A stretch of 63,599 bases of DNA, filler included, from Saprolegnia diclina VS20 (Eukaryota), in assembly GCF_000281045.1 (NCBI RefSeq). It is 3 parts of 2 records of this genome, joined end to end, with 100 filler letters (N's around TTAATTAATTAA, not from the genome) between each part and the next. Parts side by side here need not be neighbours in the genome. Positions count along the whole stretch, not along the records: positions 1 to 26,850 come from NW_008246089.1; 2 more parts are not named here. One strand, written 5' to 3'. Numbering within the stretch: the stretch's first letter is position 1; every line of letters starts with the position of its first letter. The notes under the pieces were generated by a model. That model saw nothing but the letters and a program-made list of their open reading frames with translations. It had not been told where the DNA came from and did no database searches. Shown piece after piece: positions 1 through 12,800 of this stretch. A program made the position numbers and the translations under genes.

Positions 1-277
1 ACTCGGGTTTACGGCGGAATGCGTCGACATCGACGCCGTCTGTAAACTCCCTATCGACTCTATGCTCAAAGCCTCGACGCGCAGGAGTTGGCAACTTTTG
101 CTGGACCGATGGCATCCGCTCGATCACGCTGCGCAATCCTTCCACCACACTTTCTACTTTGGACAAGAGACCTTTCAGTAGTCAGGAGCGTTGAGCTCGG
201 AGCTGCTCATCGACAGCATCGCACCAAGACGCTGCATGGGTGCGGCCTTTCTGCGATCTTGCATTTGTCGCGATCGC

Positions 278-290
278 TGATTGGCTGAAA
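278..290 (+). promoter_or_regulatory. CCAAT box (reverse orientation, TGATTGGCTGAAA)
   Basis: Lies just upstream of the ATG at 301; the same extended motif recurs at 38695 and 50248. Confidence 0.5.
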
Positions 291-300
291 AGTCGTCGAA

Positions 301-3255
301 ATGCCACTCGAGCGCTTGACGCCGGACCTCGTCCGCGAGATCGCGGCCGAGTACCCGACCTTGAGCAACCTCAACCTATCGCGCAATGAGATCCGCGCGA
401 TCGACTGCGACGTCTCGGCGCTGGCGTACGTGAGCCGCCTGAACCTGAGCCACAACCAGCTCACGTGCCTGCCACCGACGCTGCCCCGCCAGCTGCCGCA
501 GCTCGCGCACCTCCTCCTCGCGCACAACCGCATGTACGCCGTGGCCGAACGAGCGCTCTGATCTAGCAACTTTGTAGTCAGTCTCTCGAGTGGCTGCAGT
601 CGGCAACCAAGTTGACCAAGCTCGATCTCGCGTACAACGACCTCCAGCACATCGACCAGCTCGACGCGCTCCGTGGACTGCCGCTCCTGACGCACTTGAC
701 ACTCGAGGTAGCAACATGAGTAGCTCGTACTAAACGCATCAGCATTGCGCGTAGGGCAACTTCCGCCTCGACGAGTCGCCCAAGTACCGTGTGGCCGTCG
801 CGACAAAGTTGCCGCAATTAACGACGCTTGATGACACGTACAGTCCTCTGCGAGCAGCTAACATGATAACACTTTGTACATAGACCTTTAACGGACGAGG
901 AGAAGGACGCAGGAAGACAAGCACGCGAGCCAGCCGAGGCCCCGAGCTACCGCCCGACGTTGCGCCAACCCGAGCCAACGTCCTTGACGAGTCCAAATGT
1001 CAAGCCCGTCCCGCTGGCCATTAAACCATCCAACGAGACGATCGCTTTGCTCGAGGACCGAGTGTCTGCGCTCCAAGAAGTGCTTCGACTCCAAGAATCG
1101 CACGTCGTTGCTACTACAACTGGGCCCGCGTCGGCGCCGACGTACGAGCGACTCCTCACGCAGTGGCGCACCAAGGTCTTCGAGCTCCTTGTGGCTGCCA
1201 AACGGTCCGAGGCGCTTCAATATACCGTGCAGCAGCGTGTTTCGAGCCAGCACCTCTCGATCGAGGTAGCTACCAACTGACCTTCGAATACGCAGAACCG
1301 TTCCTCTAGTCGCAGCTGGCGCACACGACGCAGCAAAACCAAGCGTTGGAGCAGCGCTTGGTGGATGCCCGCGCCGCCATCAAGCTCCATGAGCTCCAGA
1401 CGTCGCAGCTGCGGCAAGAGAAGGCGCTCACCGAAGCCAAGCTGGCGAAAACGGTCTCGCGGCTCCAAGACGAGCGCGCCCACTTGCGAGCGACGAGCCA
1501 CGCTGTCTTGGCCTTGCACCAGGTATCTACTATGTACGAGCGCCATTGCCTGTAGCTTTGGTAGGACGACGGTTTGGTGACGCAGCTGGAGCATGCGTTC
1601 ACGCGCTTGCACGAGTTCAACGAACGACTGGAACGGCTTCTGCGGACGGTTGAGCTCGCGTTGGTCGCGCTCCAGCGTCAGTATGTGCGCCTGCGCAACC
1701 AGCAAGCAGCCATCGAAGCGGACAAGCGGGTGTGGATCAAGCGGCTCCAGAAGCGCCCTCGCGCCGCCACGGATGAGCTTACGCTGCAGCCCGTGCGACT
1801 CCGCAACAGCATGGAGGAGGTCCTCCGCGCCGCGTTCCGCCGCCTCGATCCGTACGACACGGGCTTGGTGCACGCGGCCAAGTACCTGCAAACCATCAAG
1901 TACGTCATTTAGAGTTGCAGAGTCTCGAGGATGCGATCGCAGAGGTAGGCGCGACGTCTGCGTGCGCAACACCGTCGGTGGCCCCGCGGTCCTCGCGCAA
2001 CTCACCGAGCAAATGGAGACGGCGCTGGTGAAGCTGTATCCGACGTCGCATGCGACCGTGCACTGGACGTGGGGCGAGTTCCTCCTGGTGTTTCTACCCG
2101 ACCTCTCGGACGCGCCGGCGCCACTGCCCAACGTCGCTATGGTGGATGACGTGCCTGTTGCCTTTGACGAGACAAGTCACGATGACGTGGTCCGTAAACC
2201 GACGGTTGATTTTAGCGCGTGGCCGCGTGACGCGCTGGAAGCGCACGCGCGTCAGCTCGAAAACGAGCGCGCCTTTCTCGTGGCTCGCCTTCAGGTTCGC
2301 GCGCACGACGTTCGATGACGCTCAGACGAGGCATGTAGGAAGATGCGCGGGAGCTCCAAGGACGCGTCGTCAAGGTGCAGTGCCAGTGGCAAGCCAAGAC
2401 GGACGATCTTGCACGAGCTTTGGCGGCGCTCAAGGTCGCCGCGTTGCGATATTATGGTGCGAACCTGAAGTTTGATGTAGACAACGATGCAAGAGTCCGA
2501 GACGACGCGCGTCTTTCGTGAGACAGAGCTCGCTCAGGTCAAGGCGGAGCTTGCGCAACTCCACGCCACACATGCCGACCAAGTGCGCGAGCTTGAGGCG
2601 CAGTGTTCTAACCAGCGCATCGAATGGGACCGTCGCGTGGCCGAGAAAGATGCGCTGCTTCGAAAGATGCAGAGCGACCATTTGCTCGAGATACAGGTGC
2701 GCCCGAGCTCAAGACGCGCGCACTTCATCGCCATCTATTAGGACCGTCTCGACCAAGTGCGCACGATGCAGAAGGACAATACGAAGCAGGAGCTGCACAT
2801 TCGCCAGCTCGAGCGGCAGTGGGCCCGCGCCCAAGACCAAGCCGAGGCCAACGAGTCGGCCAAAGTCGAGTCTCTGACGCGCAAGTTGGAAAAGCGGTGC
2901 GGTCTCGCGCATCTCACCAAGTCGTCACACGAGTATAGAGAGGCCGAGCTCATGAAGGTGCGGCGGGAACGCAACGCGTTGCTGGCGACGCTGCGGGACC
3001 AGGTGCGGTGACACGCATTGCTCGTCGATTCAAGCAGCTGCGTAGGAGAAGAAGCCGCGTCCTCGCTCGATCGAGATCGAGCCCGCAACCCCGCGCACCA
3101 ACAGTGCTAGCGAGCGCCTACAGCCCCAACCACCCCAAGAAATGGTGGCCGATGCGCCGATTGCGAGTCGCTTGGAAGCGCTGTCGAGCATGGCCAAGTC
3201 CTGGCTCACGAGCGACGACGACGATGATGCCATCTTCAGCGGCCCCGAGGTCTAA
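301..3255 (+). CDS. Multi-exon protein: N-terminal leucine-rich repeats, CCHCR1/HCR-like coiled coil, central EF-hand-like segment
   Basis: LxxLxLxxN repeats (LSNLNLSRN, VSRLNLSHN, LAHLLLAHN); LLTQWRTKVFELLV and RRERNALLATLRDQ resemble CCHCR1 motifs; many short GT-AG introns; last exon ends DDDDDAIFSGPEV* at 3255. Exon boundaries are approximate. Confidence 0.7.
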
Positions 3256-3384
3256 GAAGCATAAAGGAAGCTGCTCTTCGCCTCGTGCCAGTCACCTACA
3301 AAGGCAAGCACCACCCTCGCTCACACCATTAGCCGTCCATTCCGACATGCATGGCGAGGGAACTCGTATGCTAGGATCGTTCGA

Positions 3385-6156
3385 TTATATTTCAATGTCT
3401 CGGCGCTGCGGTGGCCGAATGTGACGCATCGTAGAGCCTGTGAGCGTGGGTTTGAACGGCGCCGCGCCACCGTACGGCTTGGGAATGCCGAGTTCGTCTG
3501 GCACATAGGCGTTCGGGCGCGGCTCGGCTGTCGTGCGCGTGATCTGCGACGGGACGAGCAGCGGTGTGAGCGCGCGGCGGTCGTCGCGGGCCAATCGCGC
3601 GGCCTCGAGTCGGTACCACTCGTGCTCGCACTGCGTGTTGGGCGCCCGCCCGTTCTCAAAGTTCCACTTCGCTTCGTCGAAAGCCGCTTCGTGGTCGTGC
3701 TTTTCTTGCTGGAGCTTCATGGCGGTGGCTTGAAACATGGAGAGTTCGGAGACGGTCGCCATCATCTTGCGCGTCGTCTCCTTGATCTTGACCTGGAACG
3801 TGTTGACCTTCTTGGCGAGCTGGAGCGTGTCGCCGCGGCCGTCCGCCGCCTGCGCGCGCAGCTTGTCCGAGAGGTTGGTGACCTCCTCGAGCACGAGCTC
3901 CTTCTCGAGCAGCATTTCCTTCTTGAGGTTGAACCGATCTTCAAGGAACGCGAGTTTGGCGCTGAGCTGCTCCTCGTCCGGGTCGTCACCGTCGAGGGGT
4001 CGCCACCGCTCGGCGTTCTTGGGCGTCTCGAGGTCGCGGCACATCATCTCGGTCACGATCCGCTCTTGCTTGAGCTCGTGCTGGATCGAGAGGACCTTGC
4101 TCGCGTACTCTGGCACGAGCGGCACTTTCTTGCGAATCGTTTCAATCTGCCGCTCCATGTCGAGGAGCTTGATATGGAGCATGCGGCTCTGCTGCTCCTT
4201 CTCCTGGATCGCGAGCTCACCGTCCGTGAGCGTCTTGGCCTGGATGTTGCATTTCTCATACAAAATGCAGAGCTCGTCGTTGCGGTCAATGAGCTGGACG
4301 CCGGTCGAGTTGCGCGCTTCGACCGCGATCTCGTACTGCTTTTTGAGCCGGAGCATGTCCTTCTCGGTGACGTTGATGATCGAGTTGAGTTTGTCGATCT
4401 GGACGATTTGCTGCTCGACTTGCTCTTGCTTGATGCGGTAGAGCTCGTGGCATTTGTTCGTGTCGAGGCGAAGGCTGTCGCGGCTGCATTGCGCGGTTTG
4501 GTGTGCGAGCCGCTCTTTCGTGAGCGCCTTGTCTTTGGCCACACTCTCGTTCCGGAGCACTTCGACCTCGTTGTGCAGAATTTTGATTTTCTCCTTCATC
4601 TCGGCCAGCGCTTGGGAGCTCGCTTGGATCAAATTCACATACTTGTTGCGCTCGTTCTTGACAATGTCGTAAAGCGCCGAGAACTCTTTGAGGCGGTTGT
4701 TGGTCTCGTTGCACTTTTTCGCAAAGTCGAGGATCACGAGCTCCTTCATCTTGAGCTCTTGCTGCGTCGCCTTTTCATTGTCGATCGCGGTCGACGCGGC
4801 GCGCGCCTTCATCTCGCGCTGGGCGCTGAGGAGCGCGAGGATTTTGGTCTGCTTGGCCTCCTCTGCGACCCACTGACCGAGCTCGGTCTCGTAGTCCTTG
4901 ACGCGCTGCGAGAGCGATTGGAGCTCATCGACCTTGGCTTTCTCGATCGTATCGAGCTTGAAGAGGCGCGCAATGAGCACGTCGACGTCTTGCTTGAGGT
5001 CGACGTGGTCGGCGGCCATCTTTTTGTTTTCAGCTTGGATCGCACGCACTTGGTGCTCGGCGTCCGTCACTTGCACTTCGAGGTTGGGCAAGAGGCTCTT
5101 GGCGCTATCGACTTGGACGGTTTTCTTCTTGAGCGTCTTCTTGAGCCGGTCAAACTCTTTGATAAGCGAGCTCTGCCTGTCCGTCTCGCGCCGACTCGTC
5201 ATCTCAGCGCTGCGTAGCGCAAGATCGAGGCGCGCACGATCGCCAAGACGCGTCGCGTGCGTCTGCCGCTCGTCGGTAAGGAGCAAGCTCACGTGGTCGA
5301 CGTCGCGCTGGCGCTGGTCGATCGTATCGCGGTGCACGTCGAGCTTGTGGTTGAGCTCTTTCTGCACTTCGTCGGCCTCCTTGCGCTTCTCGTCCTGGGT
5401 CGTGCACTGCGTGTTGACGACACTTAGTCGATCTTGAATCCGCTTGATCTCGTGCTCGAGGTTCTCGACCGCCTTTGCCACGACGTCAGCTTGCTTCGAG
5501 ATGCGCTCGGGGTCGCCCCGGAGCTTGGCGAGCACTTTTTTCTCTGCGTTGTTGGCCGCATCGAGCGCATCGTTGGCGACCCGCAAGCTCTCGCAGCGCG
5601 CGACCAAGTCGTTCTTGCGCCGCTCTTCCTTGTGGATGTCGGCCGAGATATGCGCAGCCTCGTCCCCGAGCCGCGCGATCTCGTCCGTCATCTTGCGCAC
5701 TTCGGGCTCGACCTGGCGCGCGTTCTCGGCGAGCATGTCCTCCTTGCGCGTGAGGAGCTCAGCGTGCTCGCGCTGGAGCTCGGTGATCTCGTACGTCAAG
5801 ATCGTCTCGCGGTCGACGCAGTCGGCGAGCTCCTTGCTGGCTTTTTCCTTTTCTTTCTCCAAATTGGAGTTCATTGCGAGCTCCTCGCTCTTGCGAATGC
5901 TCTGCTTCTCGAGTCGGATCTTCTCTGAGAGGAGCTCGCCGTTGAGCTGCTTGGCCTTCTTGAGCAACTCCTTCTCGCGCTTGTAGGTTTCCAGCACATA
6001 CGACGAGAGCTTGGTGTACTTGTCCTTGTAAGTAGCTGCTTGCATGGGCGTGAGCATTCCATCCTCGACGTACTGGTCGAGTAAATGCAGCGCCGCGCTG
6101 TTCGAGTTGTGCACCGCGGTCCCGTCGACGTCGGGCGCGGCGACCGCGTCCGCCAT
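3385..6156 (-). CDS. CCDC146: Coiled-coil domain-containing protein 146 (MBO2-like ciliary/centriolar protein)
   Basis: 923-aa single-exon coiled coil with KNERNKYVNLIQ, GVQLIDRNDELCILYEK and C-terminal RPNAYVPDELGIPKPYGGAAPFKP..MRHIR motifs typical of CCDC146. Confidence 0.85.
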   Translation of the reverse strand: MADAVAAPDVDGTAVHNSNSAALHLLDQYVEDGMLTPMQAATYKDKYTKLSSYVLETYKREKELLKKAKQLNGELLSEKIRLEKQSIRKSEELAMNSNLEKEKEKASKELADCVDRETILTYEITELQREHAELLTRKEDMLAENARQVEPEVRKMTDEIARLGDEAAHISADIHKEERRKNDLVARCESLRVANDALDAANNAEKKVLAKLRGDPERISKQADVVAKAVENLEHEIKRIQDRLSVVNTQCTTQDEKRKEADEVQKELNHKLDVHRDTIDQRQRDVDHVSLLLTDERQTHATRLGDRARLDLALRSAEMTSRRETDRQSSLIKEFDRLKKTLKKKTVQVDSAKSLLPNLEVQVTDAEHQVRAIQAENKKMAADHVDLKQDVDVLIARLFKLDTIEKAKVDELQSLSQRVKDYETELGQWVAEEAKQTKILALLSAQREMKARAASTAIDNEKATQQELKMKELVILDFAKKCNETNNRLKEFSALYDIVKNERNKYVNLIQASSQALAEMKEKIKILHNEVEVLRNESVAKDKALTKERLAHQTAQCSRDSLRLDTNKCHELYRIKQEQVEQQIVQIDKLNSIINVTEKDMLRLKKQYEIAVEARNSTGVQLIDRNDELCILYEKCNIQAKTLTDGELAIQEKEQQSRMLHIKLLDMERQIETIRKKVPLVPEYASKVLSIQHELKQERIVTEMMCRDLETPKNAERWRPLDGDDPDEEQLSAKLAFLEDRFNLKKEMLLEKELVLEEVTNLSDKLRAQAADGRGDTLQLAKKVNTFQVKIKETTRKMMATVSELSMFQATAMKLQQEKHDHEAAFDEAKWNFENGRAPNTQCEHEWYRLEAARLARDDRRALTPLLVPSQITRTTAEPRPNAYVPDELGIPKPYGGAAPFKPTLTGSTMRHIRPPQRRDIEI

Positions 6157-6871
6157 GCTTGAAACTGGCCCGAAACGATAACGATTTATATATATGTATT
6201 GACTAACTAGGGTCCTCGTTCACTACATCTATAATGCGCCAACTTGGTCGTCGAGCAGCGGGCTTCGTTTGTCCCCGCCACCACGCTTCTACTAACGTTA
6301 GTTGTTGGCAGAAGGTGGCGACGCACTCGCCCGAGTCAGAGCTGGCAGACATGGAGCTTTGGGCCTTGGGCAAATCGTGCATATTACAATAGAGTACTTC
6401 AGTGATTCTTCTCTCACAATGCGATGGCAGTGGTCGCTTTGGAGCGCGAGCACCAAGCTCGTCTCTGTCGCTAGTGCGGCCAGGTGCACCGATGACAGCG
6501 CTGGCATCGTCAAGTCATTTCGCGCCAAAGGAAATGTGGTACGAATAAGCAAACAAGGGACGACTTTGAAGGCTATCTATTCGCACGCCCACAAAGCCTC
6601 TACGTTGACAACATCGTACGTTCTTTTCTATGTAAAGTGCAGTGTTTATAGCCTTCTAATTGACGCCGAATTGCGTGTGGCTTTTTTCACGCATTTTGCA
6701 CAGGCTTTTGGACCGCATGGCGGCAAATGGAGTGTTGGAACGGCGTGCGATTAGACAATGGAGACTAGAGGGGGCGACGCAACATTTGGAGTTTGTATGC
6801 TCTGTCGTGGGGCGGATCTTTTGGGTGAGGGTATTCTGTGACGTGCGTCGAAGAGGACGAAGGGCAGCAGC

Positions 6872-9800
6872 ATGGAAGGGGACGCGGTCGAGAGCGTCGC
6901 CATCGAGCATGAGATGGAGACGGCCTTCCTCGCGCAGCTCGTCCTGGACATCAGCACCTCCTTCTTCCAGGTCGGGAAGCACATGAGCCTCCGGGGCGAC
7001 GACGGCGCCTACAACGAGGCCGACGCCGACGCCTTTGGGCTGGACGCGGAGACGCTTCGCCACTTCATCACGGACCCAGCAATCCGCGTGCTCCGTGTGC
7101 TCTGCCGGGACAGCGGCGATGGCGTCAAGCTCTCGCTCGAGACAGGTGAGAAAGAGAAGCCCAAGGCCAAGCGCCAGAAGGTCCCGACGTTTTGCCTCAT
7201 CAAGACGCTCAAGACGCGCGACAAGCTCACGCGCGACGGGTCGGTCAACTCGCAGCTGCAGCTCGTGACGCTGGGCACCGAGGACATTGGCACGCTCGTG
7301 ACCTTTGTGCAGCACTCGTTTGCGCCGCTTCTGCAAGCCCACGAAGGCCAAGAAGACGACGGCGGCCAAAGCCACAGCAAGCGCATGCCGCTCATTCGGA
7401 AGCGTCTCAAGGAGCTCGAGGTCGCGATGGTCCAGTTCCAAAACAATGTCGAGATCCCCGACGTCGACTTAAAGATCCACCCCGACATCCAACTCGCTGC
7501 TGATAAGCTCCGCGACTCCAAGCAGATGGGCAGCATTGACGTCGACGCGCTCGGGTTCTCGGATCGGCTCAACGACACGGCGTTCCTCAACGACATTCAA
7601 GCTGGCGTCAACCTCTGGATCAAGGAAATCCAAAAGGTCACGAGCCTCGTCAACGAGCCCGTGGGTGGCTCGGCGACGCAAGAGATCAACTTTTGGAGCG
7701 ACTTGCATCGCGCGCTGCTCGCGACGCAGAAGAAGCTCACGTCGCCCGAGGTGGAAATCACGCTTGCGATCTTGAAGCAGGCGAAGCGGTACCTCGTCAC
7801 AGTGACGTTCGCGGCCGACCACGGTCTTGGCCCGGCGCTCAAGACGGTGTCGAGCGTCATGAACCTTATGAAGGACTTTTCGCTCAACGCGATTCTCTCG
7901 GCCACCGACATTCCGCAGACGACGGCGGGCATCAACACCGTGTTCTTGCAGCTCAAGAAGGTGCGCCTGGCGGACGAGTACAAGCTCGCGCGCGTGCTCT
8001 CGCTCGTCGAGCTCGTCTCGAGTGATCTTGCGCACCAGATCACGACCGTTCTGCGCACGTACAACCTCATCCAAGTGTCTTACGAGCAGTTTGACGAGGT
8101 CGCCAAGCAGTGCCACGATCTCTTCTTGACGTGGCATCGCCAGCTGCACGCGTTCCAGGAGCTCGTCAAGGACCTCAGCAAGCGCCGCGGGACATCCAAT
8201 TTTGACCGCGTGAGCTCGCTCGTCGATATGAGTTTGGAGCATCTCGCGATCGAAGAGCGCATGAAGGAGCTCCACGAGTTTCGCGAGCAGCACGAGAAGC
8301 TCCGCGTCGTCATTCAGCGTGTGCTCTCCAAGACGACGGACGGCTCGGAGGACATGCTCACGGACATCAACGCGGCCTATGCGCAAATCGGCGCTTTGGA
8401 TGCCTTTGACGTCTCGGTCGACGGGTCGGAGTCGTGGAAGCAAGCGCGCAAGACGTACGAGGTGTGCATTGACCGCATCGAGGGCAGCATCATTGCGTCG
8501 CTCACGAACCGCCTCAACTCGACGTCGACCGCCGACGAGATGTTTCGCGTTTTCTCCAAGTACAACCCGCTGTTCTTCCGCCCGCGCATCCGCAGCGCCG
8601 TGCAGCAGTTCCAAATGCGCTTGATCGAAAACGTGAAAGAAGACGTGACGGAGCTCCAGGTCAAGTTCCGCGCCCACTACTCGTACTCGGAGGCGTCGCG
8701 CATGAGCAAGTTGCGCGACATTCCGCCGATCGCTGGCGCCGTCATGTGGTCCAAGCAGATTGAGCGCAAGCTGCACATGCTTCTGAGTCGCGTCGAGAGC
8801 GTGCTTGGAAAAGGCTGGGAGCAGCACGTCGAGGGCAAGGCGCTCAAGCAAGTCGCAGACGCATTCCTTTCCAAGCTCGACGCGCAGGCCATCTTTGATC
8901 ACTGGGTGACCGAGCTTGTGAGCGTGCCGACGTTTGACGTGCGCAACATCATCCTCAACATCGTGGCCAAGCCGTCGTCGGCTGGTGAAGACGGCATTGA
9001 ACGAGAAGTGTGCGTGGCATTCAACCACCAGATCGTGACGCTCTTCAAGGAGGTGCGCAACCTCGAGTGGCTCGGGTACCGCGTGCCGTTCACGCTCAAG
9101 ATGATCGCCGAAGACGCCAAGGACAAGTACCCGCACGCCATGTCGCTCGACGCGAGCTTGAAGACGTACAGCAACGTGTGCAAGCGCATCAAGCCGGGCT
9201 TTGAGACGCTGAGCGCGTCGTATGTCCGTGAAGTGCGCACGACGATCGCCAAGACGTTTACAAAGGACAATGAGATTCGGTGGCACGCCGACCACCTCGG
9301 CGACTACGCGCTCGACTTGGCCGCCAAAGTCGAGACGCTCAGCGACAAGGTGGACGAGCTCTGGCGCAAGCAGACGGACATTGAAGCGTGTGTGAACGCA
9401 CTCACGACCGCCGACGAGGCAACGTTTGGCGACTCGCTCCGTGACATTCAAAAGATCGTCGACGAGCTCAACCTCGCGGGCTACAACAACCTCCACGTGT
9501 ACGTCAAGCAGCTCAACACGCGCATCGGCAATGTGCTGTGCGGCCGCTTGGAGTCGGCATTGCAGCAGTGGGTGCACGCGTTTACGACCGAGGCGCCGAG
9601 CGCGCTCGTGCCCGAAAAGGTCCACCAAGTGCTTTTGAAGAACCAGATTCTCGTGCTCGAGCCGTCGGTGGCGCAAGCTAAGGCCATGTGGCTGTACGAG
9701 CTCGAGACGATCGTGTCGGGCATCTGTCACCTCGACAAGATCCAGAGCTCGACGTACGATGCCTTCCAGCCACTCGTCTCGAACTCATCGCCGAGCCGGC

Positions 9801-12800
9801 GCCGCGCAAAGCGCAAGGAGAACTCGTTCCAAGACGTGCTCAAGATGCTGTCGCCGGGCTTGCTCCTCTCGTCGTACGACGTGTTGCACACGTGCTTGCA
9901 TGCGATGGAGCAGTATGTGCTCACGTGGCTGCAGTACCAAGCGCTCTGGGACATGGAGGCGAGCCGTGTCATTGGCAAGATTGGCACCGACATTGGCCAG
10001 TGGCAGCAGCTGCTCGTCGAGATCAAGGACGAGCGCTCCAAGTTTGACACGGTCGTCAACACGAAGCGGTTTGGGCCGATGCTCGTCAACTTTCAGCAAG
10101 TCCAGGCCCAAGTTAACGTCAAGTACGACGCGTGGCACACGGAGTTCTTGTCGCACTTTGCAGAGATGCTCTCGTCGCAAGTCGCGGCCTTTTACACGGA
10201 GATCTCGGCCAAGCGGTCGCTTCTCGAGATGCACACGCTCGAAGCGGCAACGTCGCAGGTCGTCGCGACGGTGACCATGATCCAGGAGCTCCGCATGGCC
10301 AAGCCCGAGTGGGAGCTCTTGATTGAAGGCTTCCTTGCGGGCGAGAAGGTGCTCAAGCGCCAGCGCTTCAAGTTCCCGCCGTCGTGGCCCGAGCTCGCCA
10401 ACGTCGAGGGTGAGTGGGCGGCGTTCCTCCAGCTGCTCCAGCGCAAGACGGATGCGATGGAAAGCCAGCTGCCGCAGCTCCAAGCCAAGATTATGGACGA
10501 GCACAACGTCCTGACCAAGAAGATTGAGGCGACTGTGACCGAGTGGGACGCGACCAAGCCGCTCCAGGGTGCTCAGCTTCCCCAAGCAGCATTGGACTTG
10601 ATCCAGCTCTTTGACACCAAGCTGACGCTGCTGGCGCAAGATACCAAAAAGATGGAGGCAGCGCGGAAGGCGCTCAACCTTCTCTCGCGTGGCAATGTCT
10701 CGTCGAGCGACGCCGACTTGCTTGAACGTACGATGGAAGAGCTCGGTGGTCTGCGCGAAGTGTGGTCGTCGCTGGCGGCGACGTGGTCGCGCATGGAGGA
10801 GCTCAAGGAGTCGCCGTGGTCGGCGGTGCAGCCGCGCAAGCTCCGAAAGCAGCTCGACGAGCTTCTCGATGGTCTCAAGGCGCTGCCCGCGCGGGTGCAG
10901 CAGTACGAGGCGTTCGACTACTTTTTCCAGGCGATGCAGTCGTACAAGAGCACCAACAGTCTTTTGACGGACCTCAAGTCGGACGCGATTCGCGACCGGC
11001 ACTGGAAGCAGATTCTGCGCCTCCTCAACATCAAGTCGTCCTTCTCGGAGCTGAGCTTGCGCAGCTTGTGGGACGCCAAGCTTGCGGCGCACGACAACAC
11101 GCTCAAGAGCATCATCCGCACGGCGCAAGGCGAGATGGCGCTGGACGAGTTTCTGCGCCAAGTCGCCGAGCACTGGACGACGTATGCGCTGGATCTGGTC
11201 AACTACCAGAACCGGTGCCGCATCATCAAGGGCTGGGACGACATGTTCTCGAAGCTCGATGAGCACCTCAACAGTCTCCAGAGCATGAAGCAGAGCCCGT
11301 ACTACCGTGTCTTTGCCGAGTCGGCCGAGAGCTGGGAAGAGAAGCTCACGCGCGTCCGGTCCATCTTTGACTTTTGGATTGACGTCCAGCGCCGGTGGGT
11401 GTACCTCGAGGGCATTTTCTTTGGCTCGGCCGACATCAAGCAGCAGCTGCCAAAGGAATACGCCCGCTTCCAGTCCGTCGACAACGAGTTTGTGTCGACG
11501 ATGAAGCGCGTGACGCACAAGCCACTCATCCTCGAGGTCTCGAGCATCCCCAACTTGCTCCACACGCTCGAGCGCCAGCAAGACATGATGGGCAGCATCC
11601 AGCGTGCGCTCGGCGAGTACCTTGAGCGCCAGCGCGCTGCGTTTCCCCGCTTCTACTTTGTCGGCGACGAAGACTTGCTCGAAATGATTGGCAACAGCAA
11701 GGAGCCCAAGCAGATCCAGCGCCATCTCAACAAGATGTTTGCCGGTGTCGCGGCCCTCGAGATGAACGACGCGGGTGCGATCATCGGCCTTGTTTCCAAG
11801 GAAGGCGAGGTTGTCCGCCTCAAAACACCCGTGTTTCCGAGCGAGGACACGCGCATCAACGTCTGGCTCGCCAACGTCGAGAAGCAAATGCGATCAACGC
11901 TGGCGTCGCTGCTGGAAGAGGCGCTCGCAACGACTGGCGACTACCTCGCTTGGGTTGCGGCCTTTCCCGCCCAAATCGTACTTCTCGCGACGCAGGTGCA
12001 GTGGACGGAGCAGATTGAAGCTGTGCTTCGGAGCCGCAGCAACGACTTTAGCGCGGTTGTCACGGCCGTCGAAGGGCTTCTTCAGCTCCTCAGTGAGCGC
12101 GTTCTCTCGGATCTTGCCCAAGACGTCCGGAAGAAGTACGAGCAGCTGATTACGGAGCTTGTGCACCAGCGCGACGTGACGCGCCGCCTCAATAAGGCGC
12201 AGCTCACGGGCTCGGACGACTTTCGGTGGCTCTACCACATGCGCCACTACATGTACCCAAACGAAGTCGACCCGCTCAAGAAGCTGCGCATCTGCGTCGC
12301 GAACGCGTCGTTCTCGTACGGCTTCGAGTACCTCGGCGTGGGTGAGCGCCTCGTGCACACGCCACTTACGGAGCGCTGCTACCTGACGCTGACGCAGGCG
12401 CTCGACTTTGGTATGGGCGGCAACCCCTTCGGCCCCGCCGGCACGGGTAAGACCGAGTCGGTCAAGATGCTCGGCATGCAACTCGGGCGCTTCGTGCTCG
12501 TCTTCAATTGCGACGAGAACTTTGACTTTCAAGCCATGGGCCGCATCTTTGTCGGTCTCTGCCAAGTCGGCGCGTGGGGCTGCTTCGACGAATTCAACCG
12601 CCTTGAGGAGCGCGTGCTCTCGGCCGTGTCGCAGCAAATTCTGGCGATCCAAGGCGGTCTCATCCAGCGCAAGAAGACAGAGGCGACGTCGTCTGTCATT
12701 GAGCTCCTCGGCAAGTCGGTGCTCTTGCACCCGGACGTTGGCATCTTTGTGACGATGAACCCTGGCTACGCGGGGCGCTCGAACCTCCCGGACAATTTGA

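Noticed and set aside
6302..6754. 150-aa ORF between CCDC146 and dynein
   Set aside because: Non-ATG start, no coding bias; probably promoter or UTR sequence.
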